Source of the DNA: Chlorokybus atmophyticus
Lineage: Eukaryota; Plantae; Mesostigma and Chlorokybus algae
Assembly: GCA_009103225.1 (NCBI GenBank)
Contig: RHPI01001507.1
Span: forward strand, 416,805-480,804
Reading direction: 5' to 3'
DNA: 64,000 nucleotides
In this document: in pieces, positions 37,806-48,929 of the stretch
Position numbering within the stretch: the first letter of the stretch is position 1
How the letters are laid out: each line of letters begins with the position of its first letter
The notes under the pieces: model-generated
Databases searched by the model: none
What the model saw: only the letters and a program-made list of their open reading frames with translations
What the model was told of the DNA's origin: nothing
Program-made: the position numbers and the translations under genes

Positions 37806-40800
37806 CTCCTCCCCCCCCCAGGTGAGCTTCGTCCTCGAAGCTCGCGAGGTTGTCGTCGAGCAAGATAGGCACGCACAACGTCTTGAGCATTAGTCACGTG
37901 TGCCTCTGGCTCCCAGGATGCTTCATGCAACGGATAGCCCTTCCATTTCACTAAGACTTGCGTACGCCATGCACAAACTTGCGTACGCCATGCACAAACT
38001 TCTCACCAAGGATGTCTTCTACCTCCCACTCGGGTTCACCGTCCGTGCCAACTTCGGGGGGTGGCCTTTCTGGCGGTTGTCCTCGATATGCTTTCAGAAG
38101 GGATACGTGAAAAACGGGGTGCACACGCATGGTGTCGGGTAGCTCCAACTTGTACGCCACGTCCGAGATAACTTTACTGACCCTAAATGGTCCCAACCAG
38201 CGTTCATTCAGCTTGCGAACTCCCGTACGCACCTGGACGTGCTTCGCGGAGAGTAACACAATGTCGCCTTCCTGAAACATGAGGTGTCGGCGATGCGCGT
38301 CCGCGTACTGCTTCTGCCGATTTTGTGCCACCAATAACGCATCCCTAGCTGCCTTGTTAATGTCCGCGCACTTTGTAAGGAAGTCATTAGCTGCCTCCAC
38401 ACGCACGTCATGTCGTCGCGGTGTCCATGCCGTCAACGGTGTCAATGGATGTTGCCCGTAGTTCATAAGGAAGGGACCTCCCTTATGAACTACGGAGTGA
38501 CACCTGTGCTTGCATTGTGGTGGTTGTTGATCGCAAACTCAACCAACTCAAGCAGCTCCTCCCAATTGTCTTGTCGCGCGTTAACGTAGCAACGCAGCAT
38601 GTCCTCGATCACACGGTTGGCCCGCTCCGTTTGCCCATCAGTTTGCGGGTGGAATGCCGTGCTAAACTTCAGTGTGGTACCCAGTGCACTATGCAGCGCC
38701 TCCCAAAACTTACTTGTAAAGCGCGGGTCGCGATCACTCACAATGCTTCGTGGTAATCCATGAGAACGAAATACATGCTTCACGAACAAGCGTGCTGCCT
38801 CCGGTGCCGTGCAAGACTCACTACACGGTGCCAAGCGTACCATTTTGCTGGTTTTATCGACGAACACAAGTATAGCGTCGTACCCTTCTTTTGTCTTTGG
38901 TAGCCCCGTGATAAAGTCCATGGTAACTTGCTCCCACTTGGACAATGGCACAGGGAGAGGTTGCAGCAACCCACCTGGCTTTTGGTTGCTTGCCTTCACC
39001 CTTTGGCATGCGTCGCACAACGCCACGTAGTCGCGCACATCGCGATGCATCTCTCGCCAGTAAAAACGCTGTTTTAAGCTTGCCAAAGTCCTTTCCAACC
39101 CTTGGTGACCAGCAATGGGCACGTCATGAGCTTCCTTCAGCAACTTCACACGGATATGCGCGACGTTGGGGATGTACAAGCGCCCATGGTGCCACAGCAG
39201 CCCGTCGCGCATTGACCAGTGCCCACTTGTGTCCGTAGCTGTATTTTCCAGCTCTTGCAATACTTTCATACCCTCCGTGTCTTCACGAAGCACTTGCCGA
39301 ATCTGGTCGGTCCACTCGGGCTGCACTTGAGCGAGTGCCTCAATTGCATTAAGCCGGCTCAGCGCGTCAGCAACACCATTTGACGTACCGGGCTTGTACT
39401 TGATATCGAAGTCAAAAAGTTGAAAGAACTCAAGCCATCGAGCTTGTCTGCGACTCAGATGAGGTTGTGTTTGTAAGTACCTCAGTGGAGAGTGATCCGT
39501 CTCAAGCACGAACTTTTTGCCTTCCAAAAAACAACGCCATTGTCGTAGCGCCATGACTTGCGCTAAAAGTTCCTTCTCGTGCACGGGGTAATTCAGCTCC
39601 GCACCACTCATCTTCTTGCTGAAGAATGCTACTGGTTGAAGGCCGTTGCCATGGTCTTGCTGCAAAACAGCTCCTACGGCTGTGTCGGACGCGTCGCAAG
39701 CCAAAATAAATGTCTTTTCCATGTTGGGGTGAGCCAGGACTGGTGCCTCCGTCAGCGCCTTCTTCAACGCAGCAAATGCATGTTCCTCTGTTGCTGACCA
39801 GCTCCAATGCTTTCCCTTCTTCAGTAGGGCAGTCAAGGGAGCAGCTATGCGCGAAAACCCCATGATAAACTTGCGATAATACCCCGCAAGGCCTAAAAAG
39901 GACATCACCTCCTTTACATTGGTCGGGGCAGCCCACTCGCGCACCACCTGCACTTTGTTGGGGTCCGGCTTGATGCCTTCATGCGACACAATGTGGCCTA
40001 GGTACTCCACCTCTCGAAGCAAGAATTTGCACTTCTGTAGCTGGGCGTACAACTTGTGTTCGCGCAAACGCTGCAACACGCGCCGTAGAAGTGCCACGTG
40101 CTCCTCCTTTGTTGTCGCGTACACCAAAATGTCGTCGAGGTACACGAGGACTCCCTTACCAATCAAGTCAGCAAACACGCTGTTCATAAGCGTTTGAAAT
40201 GTTGCCGGTGCGTTCGTAAGTCCGAAGGACATGACCAACCACTCGTAGTGCCCATAACGTGTGTTAAAAGCTGTTTTCTCCACATCCTCGGGCGCGATGC
40301 GAATTTGGTGATAACCTCCAGCAAGATCAAGTGTTGTGAAGTACTGCGCACCTTGCAATTGCTCCAGCAACTCGTCGATACGTGGGAGTGGAAAGCAATT
40401 CCTCTTCGTGATGTTGTTGAGAGCTCGGTAGTCGACGCACATGCGCAAGCTCCCGTTCTTCTTTCGTACAAACAAAATAGGTGCACCATAGGGGGACTTA
40501 CTAGGCCTGATGTAGCCTCTTTTCAGCAAGTCCGCCACCTGCCTCTCGGCCTCTTCCAGTTCCAAAGGTGACAACTTGTATACGGGTCGATACGGTGGCT
40601 TGTGCACGCCCTCAATCAGCTCCACACGGTGGTCTACGCTCCGTGGAGGTGGTAGACCAGATGGAAGTCCGTCCACCATGATATCTTGGTATTCTTTAAC
40701 AAGTTTACACACCTCGGGGTCCATAGTAGCCGTCTGAACATCGTCACTCAGCTCCGGTGCTGACTTTGCAGTGTTTTCGCGCACCACGCACAACCATGCA

Positions 40801-41375
40801 GCCTTTGCCTTCCGTGGAGACAATAACTTCCTCAATTGCACATAAGAGATCTGGGCAATTGTCGTACCACCTAATTGTGCGTGCCGCGCCTCGATGACGT
40901 CCGATGCAGCTTGAATGGACTCTCCACCGTTTCGCTCGATGGTGAGCACGCGCTTCCTCCAATTGATGGCTGGATTATGTTGCCATAGCCACGGTAGTCC
41001 CAAAATCCCATCAAACCCGTTCCGTAGGGTGATGCAGCAAAATCGCATGCTCTCCTTCATCTTCCCAATGCGAACGCACAACTCTTTGGTCATAAACGCA
41101 GCGCCATCACCTCCAGAGGGTGGCTCTCCATCAGCGAGCTTCACTTCACCTCCTCGTAATGACGAAAGCCAACCGTAACGCCGCGCGATATCAATACTCA
41201 TGAAGTTGCTGTTGGCACCGCTATCAATCATGAGCTTACACTCTCTCCATCGTCCTTGGTCATCGCAAATGTGTGCTCGAAGCCCGAAGTACTTTGTTGT
41301 CTCCTCGTTTGCATAACTCACCACCATTGGCGCGTTCAAAGCCATCTCCTCTTGCTTCTTTAATGGAAATGTCAC
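37806..41375 (-). pseudogene. pol: pol of copy 2 (PR-RT-RH-INT-chromodomain), broken by two +20-nt lesions near the 3' end
   Basis: LMIDSGAN (PR), YLDDIL (RT), CDASD...DALSR (RH), H-x5-H...CDAC (INT zinc finger) and [10 protein letters not shown]. The chromodomain reads EWEVEDIL...[14 protein letters not shown]. The frame is open 41375-38490. Confidence 0.95.
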
Positions 41376-41428
41376 AGCATCCGTCCGTGCATGAGGCTCC
41401 TTCCTATCCCCAGCAGTAGCCTCCTCAC

Positions 41429-42457
41429 CTACTGGGGGAAGTCGTTTTCCTGCTCCACGCCATTTTGCTCCATGGTGTTGACGCGACGATCACGGCGAGG
41501 GTTGCCATCCGGTGTTGGCCTTTGCGTGCTTCGTTTGGGGCATCCGTACGCCAAATGCTCCGTCGACCCACACGCATAACACTTGCGCACACCTTTACCT
41601 CTTTCACCACGTCCGCCGTGCTTCGCCTCACTTCCATGCGTGTGTATGGCACCCACCTCCATTGGTGCAGGCCCAGAGTCAGCTCCACCTCCATTGGCAA
41701 GTGCTGAACTTGGTTCTCCTCGTCTCCATGCATGTTGAAAGCCTCCCCGGGGCTGATCACCATGCCTTTGCCTCCAGTCAGTGTTTCTTGTGGTGGACTT
41801 GAAGTACAACGCGTCGAGACGCTCCGCGATGCGTATAGCCTCCGCGAGTGTCTTCGGGTCCCGTAGCTCCACTTCTTTACGCCCCAAAGGTTTTAAACCA
41901 CGTGTATACCTGTCCAACTGCTCCTCCTCGGTCATATTGGGTATGGACATCACCAATCGCTGAAACGCGGCCGTGTACGCCATCACCGACCCCATTTGCA
42001 CAAGGGCTGCAAGTTTGTCGCGTGCGGCCTTCACGCTCTCAACGGGAACAAATTGATGCCTGACCTCCAGTGCCAACTCTTCCATGGTGGTCAATGGTAG
42101 CGCCAACCCGTTTGCAACACGCGTACATCGATGCCTCCACCACACAAGTGCTGCACCTTCAAGCAATGTCGCTGCAACCTCCACGTGCAGATGCGTGGGC
42201 ACCTCCGTGAGCTTCAACCAAGACGATACTTGAAAAATCCATTCATCCACTGCATCTCCATCACGTTGACCCCTGAATGGCTTGGGCTTTGGCACCTTCA
42301 CATGCACGCGCGAGCTTGATGCCATGGGAATTTGTACACGCGCCATCGCATGCTCATACGCCTCGCGTTGTGCTTGTGCCGCAGCTTGAGTGTGATGAAG
42401 CTCTTCCCTCAATGCCAAGATGGCAGCTTGAAGCTCTTCCATGCGAGCATCCTCCAT
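41429..42457 (-). CDS. gag: gag of copy 2 (342 aa)
   Basis: Retrotrans-gag-like region (LLEGAALVWW, KLAALVQMGSVMAYTAAF) and zinc knuckle CYACGSTEHLAYGC. Confidence 0.95.
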   Translation of the reverse strand: MEDARMEELQAAILALREELHHTQAAAQAQREAYEHAMARVQIPMASSSRVHVKVPKPKPFRGQRDGDAVDEWIFQVSSWLKLTEVPTHLHVEVAATLLEGAALVWWRHRCTRVANGLALPLTTMEELALEVRHQFVPVESVKAARDKLAALVQMGSVMAYTAAFQRLVMSIPNMTEEEQLDRYTRGLKPLGRKEVELRDPKTLAEAIRIAERLDALYFKSTTRNTDWRQRHGDQPRGGFQHAWRRGEPSSALANGGGADSGPAPMEVGAIHTHGSEAKHGGRGERGKGVRKCYACGSTEHLAYGCPKRSTQRPTPDGNPRRDRRVNTMEQNGVEQENDFPQ

Positions 42458-42551
42458 CTCCACTAACACACTACACTCTGCTTCCGAATGAAAAGTGTAA
42501 ACGCCCACCCACTTCCTCTGTCACCTTCGTAAACCGTGCTCCGATACCAGT

Positions 42552-43223
42552 TGTGACGGTGCTCGTGCCTTGTCACCTGTGAGTTGGTCCAATCCACAAC
42601 CCTCTCACCAAGACACGGTATTCACACCGGAACCTTGCCCCCTCTGCCAAGCACACACGCGCGCCCCGCCACTCGCGTACGCACGCGCATGCGCTCGAAG
42701 CTACACACCGACTTGTGTAGCGCCTTGGATCGTCACACAAGCAAGCACACACCAGTGGACACACGCTAGCAACCTCTTCTAGCCACCACCAAGCTTGCAC
42801 ACCAGAAACTAGGGAGCTAAAGGTTGTCTTGCAAGTTGTAGTATGTCACTTTTATACCTACCAGTCTGCACATGCTACTGTCTAGACGATTTTAGCGCTA
42901 GAAGGAACTAGAAGCTAAGATATTCTTGCAGATTCTTGTAGTACACTTCTAGAACTTTCCAACGCACCAAAGATCTCCTAATTTGCTGCTCATATGGTCA
43001 AGTTATACTACTTGGCGCCAGGCCCTTCCAGAAATCTGGTCGAGCCCTTCTCGACTGGCCCTCCGTTTTCTGGCACCTTCCGGACTGGTCTTGGGGCACC
43101 GGTCGATATCCGCGGCAGACTCATAACTCGCCGATATCCGCCACAAGTCATTAAAAACATGTACCTTACAAATAAGGCCTAAAACGGCCATGAAAATCAC
43201 AGAATTTGGCCTTGACTGTTACA
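42552..43223 (-). repeat. 5' LTR of chromovirus copy 2
   Basis: It is adjacent to the PBS and contains the TATA-like GGTATAAAAG. Confidence 0.97.
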
Positions 43224-43659
43224 AGTATGCTTTAATTTTGCATAATGCTGACAGTTATATATATACACTTTTGTCGGGTGAGCTAGATGAGGTACTAGTA
43301 AATGGGAAGATAGGCCAGCGTATGCAACATGCTTGTGAACCGCTAATTATTTAGTCTTCAGTGATGTATCATTGTTATCATACATGCAATGATGTCACCA
43401 TAGTGCTAGGAGCCTGTCCGAAATGGTTCCGACACAAGAGGCACACACCATAACGCAACACACACATGCTGCAACACACACAGGTTGCAATTCGCACACC
43501 AGGTTGTACACAACATAGTTGCAGGGGCAAGAAACTATGTATAATGACAAATGGCTACCATGAGGATTGCTACACTGCTGTGGGTTGCTGCGAGGTACTG
43601 GCTCCAGGGTCACCATAGGGTTGGTGTTTCGGTGTGTCATTGTCGCTGCTGCTGATATC

Positions 43660-44623
43660 AATAGCTGGGAGTCCTGGCTGTGCATGCGTATGCTTGGGCG
43701 GTCGAAACATGAAAATCGGCTGGAAACGTACATAAAAGGGGCATTCCACCTGTGGGTGTGGACCTGTGTGCAGCTTCCTCGGACATGGCCTGCATATCGT
43801 TTATTCGCAGCAAGGGAGTGGCAGCAACTGACCGGCGCTAAATTCCATGTAGCATAGTGGGCGTGTAGTGTCGTTGAGAAACACTTGGGTTTGCCCGCTG
43901 AAGTCCTTGCGCACATATACCCAGTGTTGTTCAATTGTAGCTGATTGTTGCAGAGCATATCTTAGCACGGTGAGGTATTCACACAGTTTCTGCCACAAGG
44001 TGGTATACAAGTTGAGCTGTTGCTGCCTTCTGGCGTCTCTATGTTCGAATATTTTTGCCTGGACCAATTGTTGTTGCAGAAGCAGTAGTACTCACACATG
44101 CTTGAGGTGCATGTAGCACATAGCTCATGGCTAAAGGCGCACCTGCTCAGCCCAATCACAGTCAGCAAAGTACTTTTGCTAGTTTCTGAGCTCGGCATCA
44201 GCTATTGCCAACTGAATCTAGAAGTCTTGCATAGTGGATGGCTGTGGGCTCCACTGTTTGCAAAAACGCCAGTTGGATGCTTGCACGCGTAAGGCGCTGG
44301 TCAACTCCACGAGCTGCGGTGCAACCTCCGTTAGTAATGTGTGTTTGCAACCGCGGCAGTGTTGCAATGTACCTTTTGCTGTTGCATGTGGTTTGGAGTG
44401 TTTGCTTGGCTTTTGTTATTCGTGCAACCTCTTGTTGCTGAAGTTGGCACTTTTGTTGCAGAAATGTTGTTTTCTGCTTGTCTTTGGCCATCCTCCTGGC
44501 GCAATGCAGCATATGTGTTAGCATTGTTCAGGTCGTCGCGCACATGGGCGTAATTTTGGCTCATCTTTTTGCTGTGCATAAGTTTGTAGCATATTCACTT
44601 ACTTGCGCGTTTCAGCTCAAGGT
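43660..44623 (-). pseudogene. Coiled-coil + RING-finger gene remnant (paralog 2); its 5' part resumes beyond 63467
   Basis: (C)PLCY...LPCCE*TICRPCPRKLHTGPHPQVECPF at about 43863-43730, and LYTTLWQKLCEYL. Joining the flanks across the AGGT TSD restores KRLHREHLELKRASK. Confidence 0.65.
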
Positions 44624-44860
44624 TGTCGGGTCGGGGGAAGTCGAGGGTCACACTGTCTCGGGCCGCTGCAGGGAAAGTCATGCGTGCTGGTCCTGGTGCT
44701 GCAACATGTTATAATCTGTGGCAAAAGTAAAAGATAACCCATCTTGTATGGCGAGGAGTGCTTGGTGGAGCCGCTCCACTGTTGCTGAACGCGGACATGT
44801 GGAGGCGGTGTCTTCCTTAATATACATGCTGTGCTGTAGGACACACAGTCAACAAGCCAC
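44624..44860. repeat. Repeat A (237 bp), terminal copy
   Basis: About 94-95% identical to 45446-45682 (manual count). Confidence 0.97.
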
Positions 44861-45443
44861 TACTATAGGTAGTGCTGTTTACACAGTTCTTTGCATGAGC
44901 GGAAAATGTGTTACACTGTTAAGTGAGGTGAATGAGCAAGCAACACGTGAATACTATGCCCTGACTGATGCCAACAAGCACACTGCAACCAGGCCCACAG
45001 CGATGACAAGCACAATGCACACGCGAGCATGCACAGGCTCTCACACAATGAGGGGGTTCTTGGTAATCGGGATGGCGTGTTCGTAGTTCAAGTCGTTTCA
45101 CAACGCTCATAGCTTTCTCACTGACAGTGTCACCAGCTGATCTGGTGAACACTGTGATTACTTATACAAGTCAAATCATGACTGTTCAGAACATAAGCTA
45201 ACGGTCATATGGAGGCTATTTTCACAGCGATTGTCACTCGATATAGATCACAACTTATAACTGAACTCACAACTGAACAGCTACGCGCGGTGCCTATGTG
45301 GGCTATGGTCGTGAGCTACCCTGAAGTCATGACCTAGCTACTGGTCAGGGACGCGCGCGCATTGGTATGTCGATAGGAAGGGCGACGATTGTGATGTAGA
45401 CATGCCCGAGGAAGGCTGGTATGTGTGGGCACCAGGCATGACA
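44847..45443. repeat. Repeat B (about 597 bp), internal copy, sharing a 14-bp overlap with A
   Basis: About 93-94% identical to 62859-63463. It contains TATA-like TGTATAAG and TGTAA motifs in element orientation. Confidence 0.97.
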
Positions 45444-45445
45444 GC

Positions 45446-45682
45446 TGTCGGGTCGGGGGAAGTGGAGGGTCACACTGTCTCGGGCCGCTGCAGGCAAAGT
45501 CATGCATGCTAGTCCTGGTGCTGCAACATGTTATAACTTGTGGCAAAAGTAAAAGATAACTTAGCTTGTATGGCGAGGAGTGCTTGGTGGAGCCGCTCCA
45601 CTATTGCTGAACACGGACATGTGGAGGCGGTGTCTTCCTTAGTATACATGCTGTGCTATAGGACACACAGTCAACAAGCCAC
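45446..45682. repeat. Repeat A' (237 bp), directly after the polypurine tract in element orientation
   Basis: It is separated from B by the dinucleotide GC (45444-45445) and abuts a C7 run (45682-45688; G7 on the element strand). Confidence 0.97.
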
Positions 45683-45749
45683 CCCCCCTGAGCTTCTGGG
45701 GAGCTTCAGAGCTCAGCTGCTAATGCAGGTGAGGAGGGCCGTTGGCGCG

Positions 45750-45884
45750 GCAATCGTCGCACCAGTACTCCTACATGGGTATTGCGTCGAATGGGGGCTC
45801 CAGATAGTAGCAATGCAGGCCCTTGTTACAGCCATCGCAGAGCATCATGAGTGCGTCATCGCCGGCGCTGCCGCAGCGTTCACA
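45750..45884 (-). pseudogene. PHD finger at the integrase C-terminus
   Basis: CERC-x10-LCDGC-NKGLH-CY(Y)-LEPPFDAIP..YWCDDC is a C4HC3 pattern with one Cys mutated to Tyr and one stop. Confidence 0.9.
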
Positions 45885-45985
45885 TCGTGTGCTGTGGGCG
45901 GGGCGAGGGTGCTAGATGCGCGCGAAGCCTGCTACGTAGGGGAGGTAACATGGCGCGCAGTTCACCATGTTGTCTTTCAACCTCT

Positions 45986-47200
45986 CTAATTCTGACCAAG
46001 AAGGTCCAGCACTCCTGTGGGGTACACCTTGAGTACCTTGTAGATGGTGCGGCCCACGGAGGTGTTGAGCGTGTCCTTGGTGGCTGCCATGCGGTAGGCA
46101 AAGTCACCTGCTTGAAACCGCCATTGGCGCTCTTTGTAAAAGCCGCTTCGCACGCGCTTGTAGCGCAAAGTGTCACGGTGCTGTGCGATGCGCAGGTTGT
46201 GGAAGGCCATCGGGACGGTGTGCTCGAACAGCGTGGCACGTGTGGTGATGTCGTGGTGCATCCAGTCGGGATCGTCGAGGTTGTCCACCACACGGTCTAC
46301 TTCCCGCTGTGCACGAAAGGGAAGCAACGGCGGACGCCCGAACAGCAAGTAGTATGAGCTGTACTTGCGCAGCGCCGCCTGCTTCGACAATTGGTAGCCA
46401 AGAGCCACCCACGGAAGGTGGTCGTCCCAGGTGTTCTTCTCATAATCCAGCACGTACTTGCGGAGTGCCTTCTTGATAGTCTGCACCGTCCGCTCGGCGA
46501 GACCGTCGGCTTGAGGGTGGTCACGCGAAGTACGGCGATGATCGATGTAGCATCTATCCAGCAGGATGTCGAACTCCCCTCTGAACTTAGTGCCCTGGTC
46601 GGTGATGACCTCGGCGCAGCTGCCGAACCAGTTGAGGACATGGGAGAGGAAAGCTTGAGCCACCCCCCTGCTGCTCTTATCGGGTAATGGCACCAGCTCC
46701 ACCCATTTGGAGAAGTGTTCGATCATGACCAGGATGTAGCGGTTGCCCCGCACCGAGGGTGCCAAGTCTACCTATATGTCGAGTCCCCAGCGGTAGAACA
46801 GCCCAGAGATGGGGAGAGGGTGCAATATGGCGCTGCGTGTGTTGAGGCTGGCACGTACCATGTCACACTGCTGGCAGCGTCTGACGAACCCCTGCATCTG
46901 TTTGGACAACTCATACCACCAATATTGCGCCCTTACCAGGCTGACGGTACGCTTGACACCAAAGTGCCCAAGATTCGTGTGAAGGGCAGCGATGATGCCC
47001 TCGCGTGTGGCTGGTGTTGGCACCTCCTTGTCCTCGTCCTGGACGCGGCGGTACACTTTGTCATCCGCCCACCGGTAGTGGCGGGTGCGCTGACTGACAC
47101 GATCTTTCTCTCGTGCAGTCATATTGGAGGGAAGCTGGCCACTTTGAAGGAAGGAGAGTGATGGCTTGTCTAGCCATATGTCCTGCCTGGTGTCGGTGGG
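45986..47200 (-). pseudogene. Integrase (H2C2 zinc finger + rve core)
   Basis: LHTNLGHFG...YWW...CQQC, WGLD, ITDQG, HPQADGLAER. Frameshifted. Confidence 0.93.
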
Positions 47201-47439
47201 TGCCAGCTCGGTGTCGTCGACTCCGATGTCGACCGCGTGGACGTCCCCTAGTGGTGTGGTCGCTGTGGGGTCGGTAGCCTCAAGGGCAGGAACCTCTTCT
47301 GTCGTCGAGGCGGTGTTAATCTGGCGCCCTGACCGTAATGCGGCAGCAGCAAACATGGCCGCCATGGTGGGAGCTGCTGCTGCGGGGCCGAGCTCGTGCC
47401 GGGCTCCGGTTGCATCGTTGGTAGTGCGGTGAGGGTTGC

Positions 47440-48660
47440 GACTGAGGCCATCGGCGTCCTGGTTGGTGAGGCCGGCGCGGTGGTCGATCTCGAAGTCATA
47501 CTCCTGCAGCTACAGGGCCCAGCGAGCAAGTTATCCTGTCAGATGTTGGTTGGTCATTAACCACTTGAGTGGCTGATGATTGATGATCTGAAATTGACGA
47601 CCAAAGAGGAAAGGTCTGAAGAAGGAGATAGCCCATGCTGCAGCAAGGCACTCCCCCTTGTAGCTGCTGTGGTTGGCCTCAGCGCTGTTGTTGCTTCGGC
47701 TGGCATACGACACCACCCGCTCCTGCTTGTTCTCATCGTGCTGTACCAGCACAGCCCCCATCCCAAGTTTGCTCCAGTTGGTGTGGAGGATGAAGGGCTT
47801 ATTGTAGTCAGGACGTTGCAGGATGGGAGCAGTGGTGAGCCTGCCCTTTAGCTCCTCAAACGCCTACTGTTGTGGCCCCTTCCACGCAAACTCCACCTCC
47901 TTCTGCAGGAGCTCGTTGAGGGGTCGCGCGATCTTTGCCGCCAAAGCCTCCACCTTTGCCTGCTATACGTACGCATCGTGGGGCACAATCATGTGCCCTA
48001 GGTAGGGTACCTTGCGAGTGAAGAAGGTGCACTTGTTGGGGTGCACTGTTATCCCCACCCCCTTGAGTTTCTCCAGCACTTCCTCGATATGCTGCAGGTG
48101 CTCGTCGTTATTGCGACTAAAGATGAGAATGTCGTCAATGTAGCATCGCGCGGAGTTCAGCCCCTTCACGGCTTTGTCCATGACGCGCTGGAACTAGGCA
48201 TGAGCGTTCTTCAGTCCGAAGGCATGACCTTCCACTGGTACAGCTGCCGGTTGCCCCAGAAAGAGGTCTTGTGCTTGTCCTCCTCCTTGATGACGATCTG
48301 GTTGTACCCTTGTCGCATGTTCAGGATGCTGAAGACGGTGCAGTCTCCTACATCATCAAAGATACCCTCTGCAGTAGGCATTGGATACCTGTCTTGTTTG
48401 GTCTTGTTGTTGAGGGGGCGATAGTCGCCGCACATGCGCCGGTCTGTTCAGTTGCCTGCTGAATCCTTCTTCAGGGGCATGACGGTCGCGGCCGCAAAGT
48501 CCGATGTGGACCTCAATCAGGACTGCATCTAGCAGCGCCTTGCACCTCTGCTCCACCAAGTCTTCTTCCAACTTGGAGAGTCGGTACTGTCGTAAAAACA
48601 CCGGTTCGGTGTCTACCAACTCGATGTCCATCTGGTAAACTGAGCAAACACCCAGTTCCC
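47440..48660 (-). pseudogene. RT + RNase H of the DNMT-bearing element
   Basis: KKDSAGN*TDRRMCGDYRPLN, WKVMPFGLKNA, CYIDDILIFS, HTNWS..GMGAVL, SSYKGECLAAAWAI and DADGLSR. About 30 codons of the connection region are deleted. Confidence 0.95.
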
Positions 48661-48929
48661 TTACACTGCAATTGTATTGACTTCTCCATTTTGTAAAGGA
48701 GAGCCTCCGGTTGTTCTCGTGTCTGGCCTGTAGCCAGTGGTCTAATGGCATGGGATCAACAGGTGGCGTTAGCAACTACTGGGATGTCCTCCACAGTGAC
48801 TGCTGTCTGCTCCTCCATATGGGCGATCTCTCTCGAGGGCGGTGTGTGCCGCTTTGGTCTCTTGCACGCGATCGGCCCACCCCCCTGCCAGGTGTTCGAG
48901 CTCCTAAAAGGACACATGGCGATCTTGAA

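Larger units (their letters stand above)
37134..43223 (-). mobile_element. Chromovirus-family Ty3/gypsy copy 2, near full length
   Basis: 672-bp LTRs with TG...CA ends (37134-37805, 42552-43223; about 1% different) and a 5-bp TSD AGTAT. The PBS TGGTATCGGAGC is at 42549-42538 and the PPT at 37819-37806. Domain order is gag, PR, RT, RH, INT, chromodomain. Confidence 0.98.
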
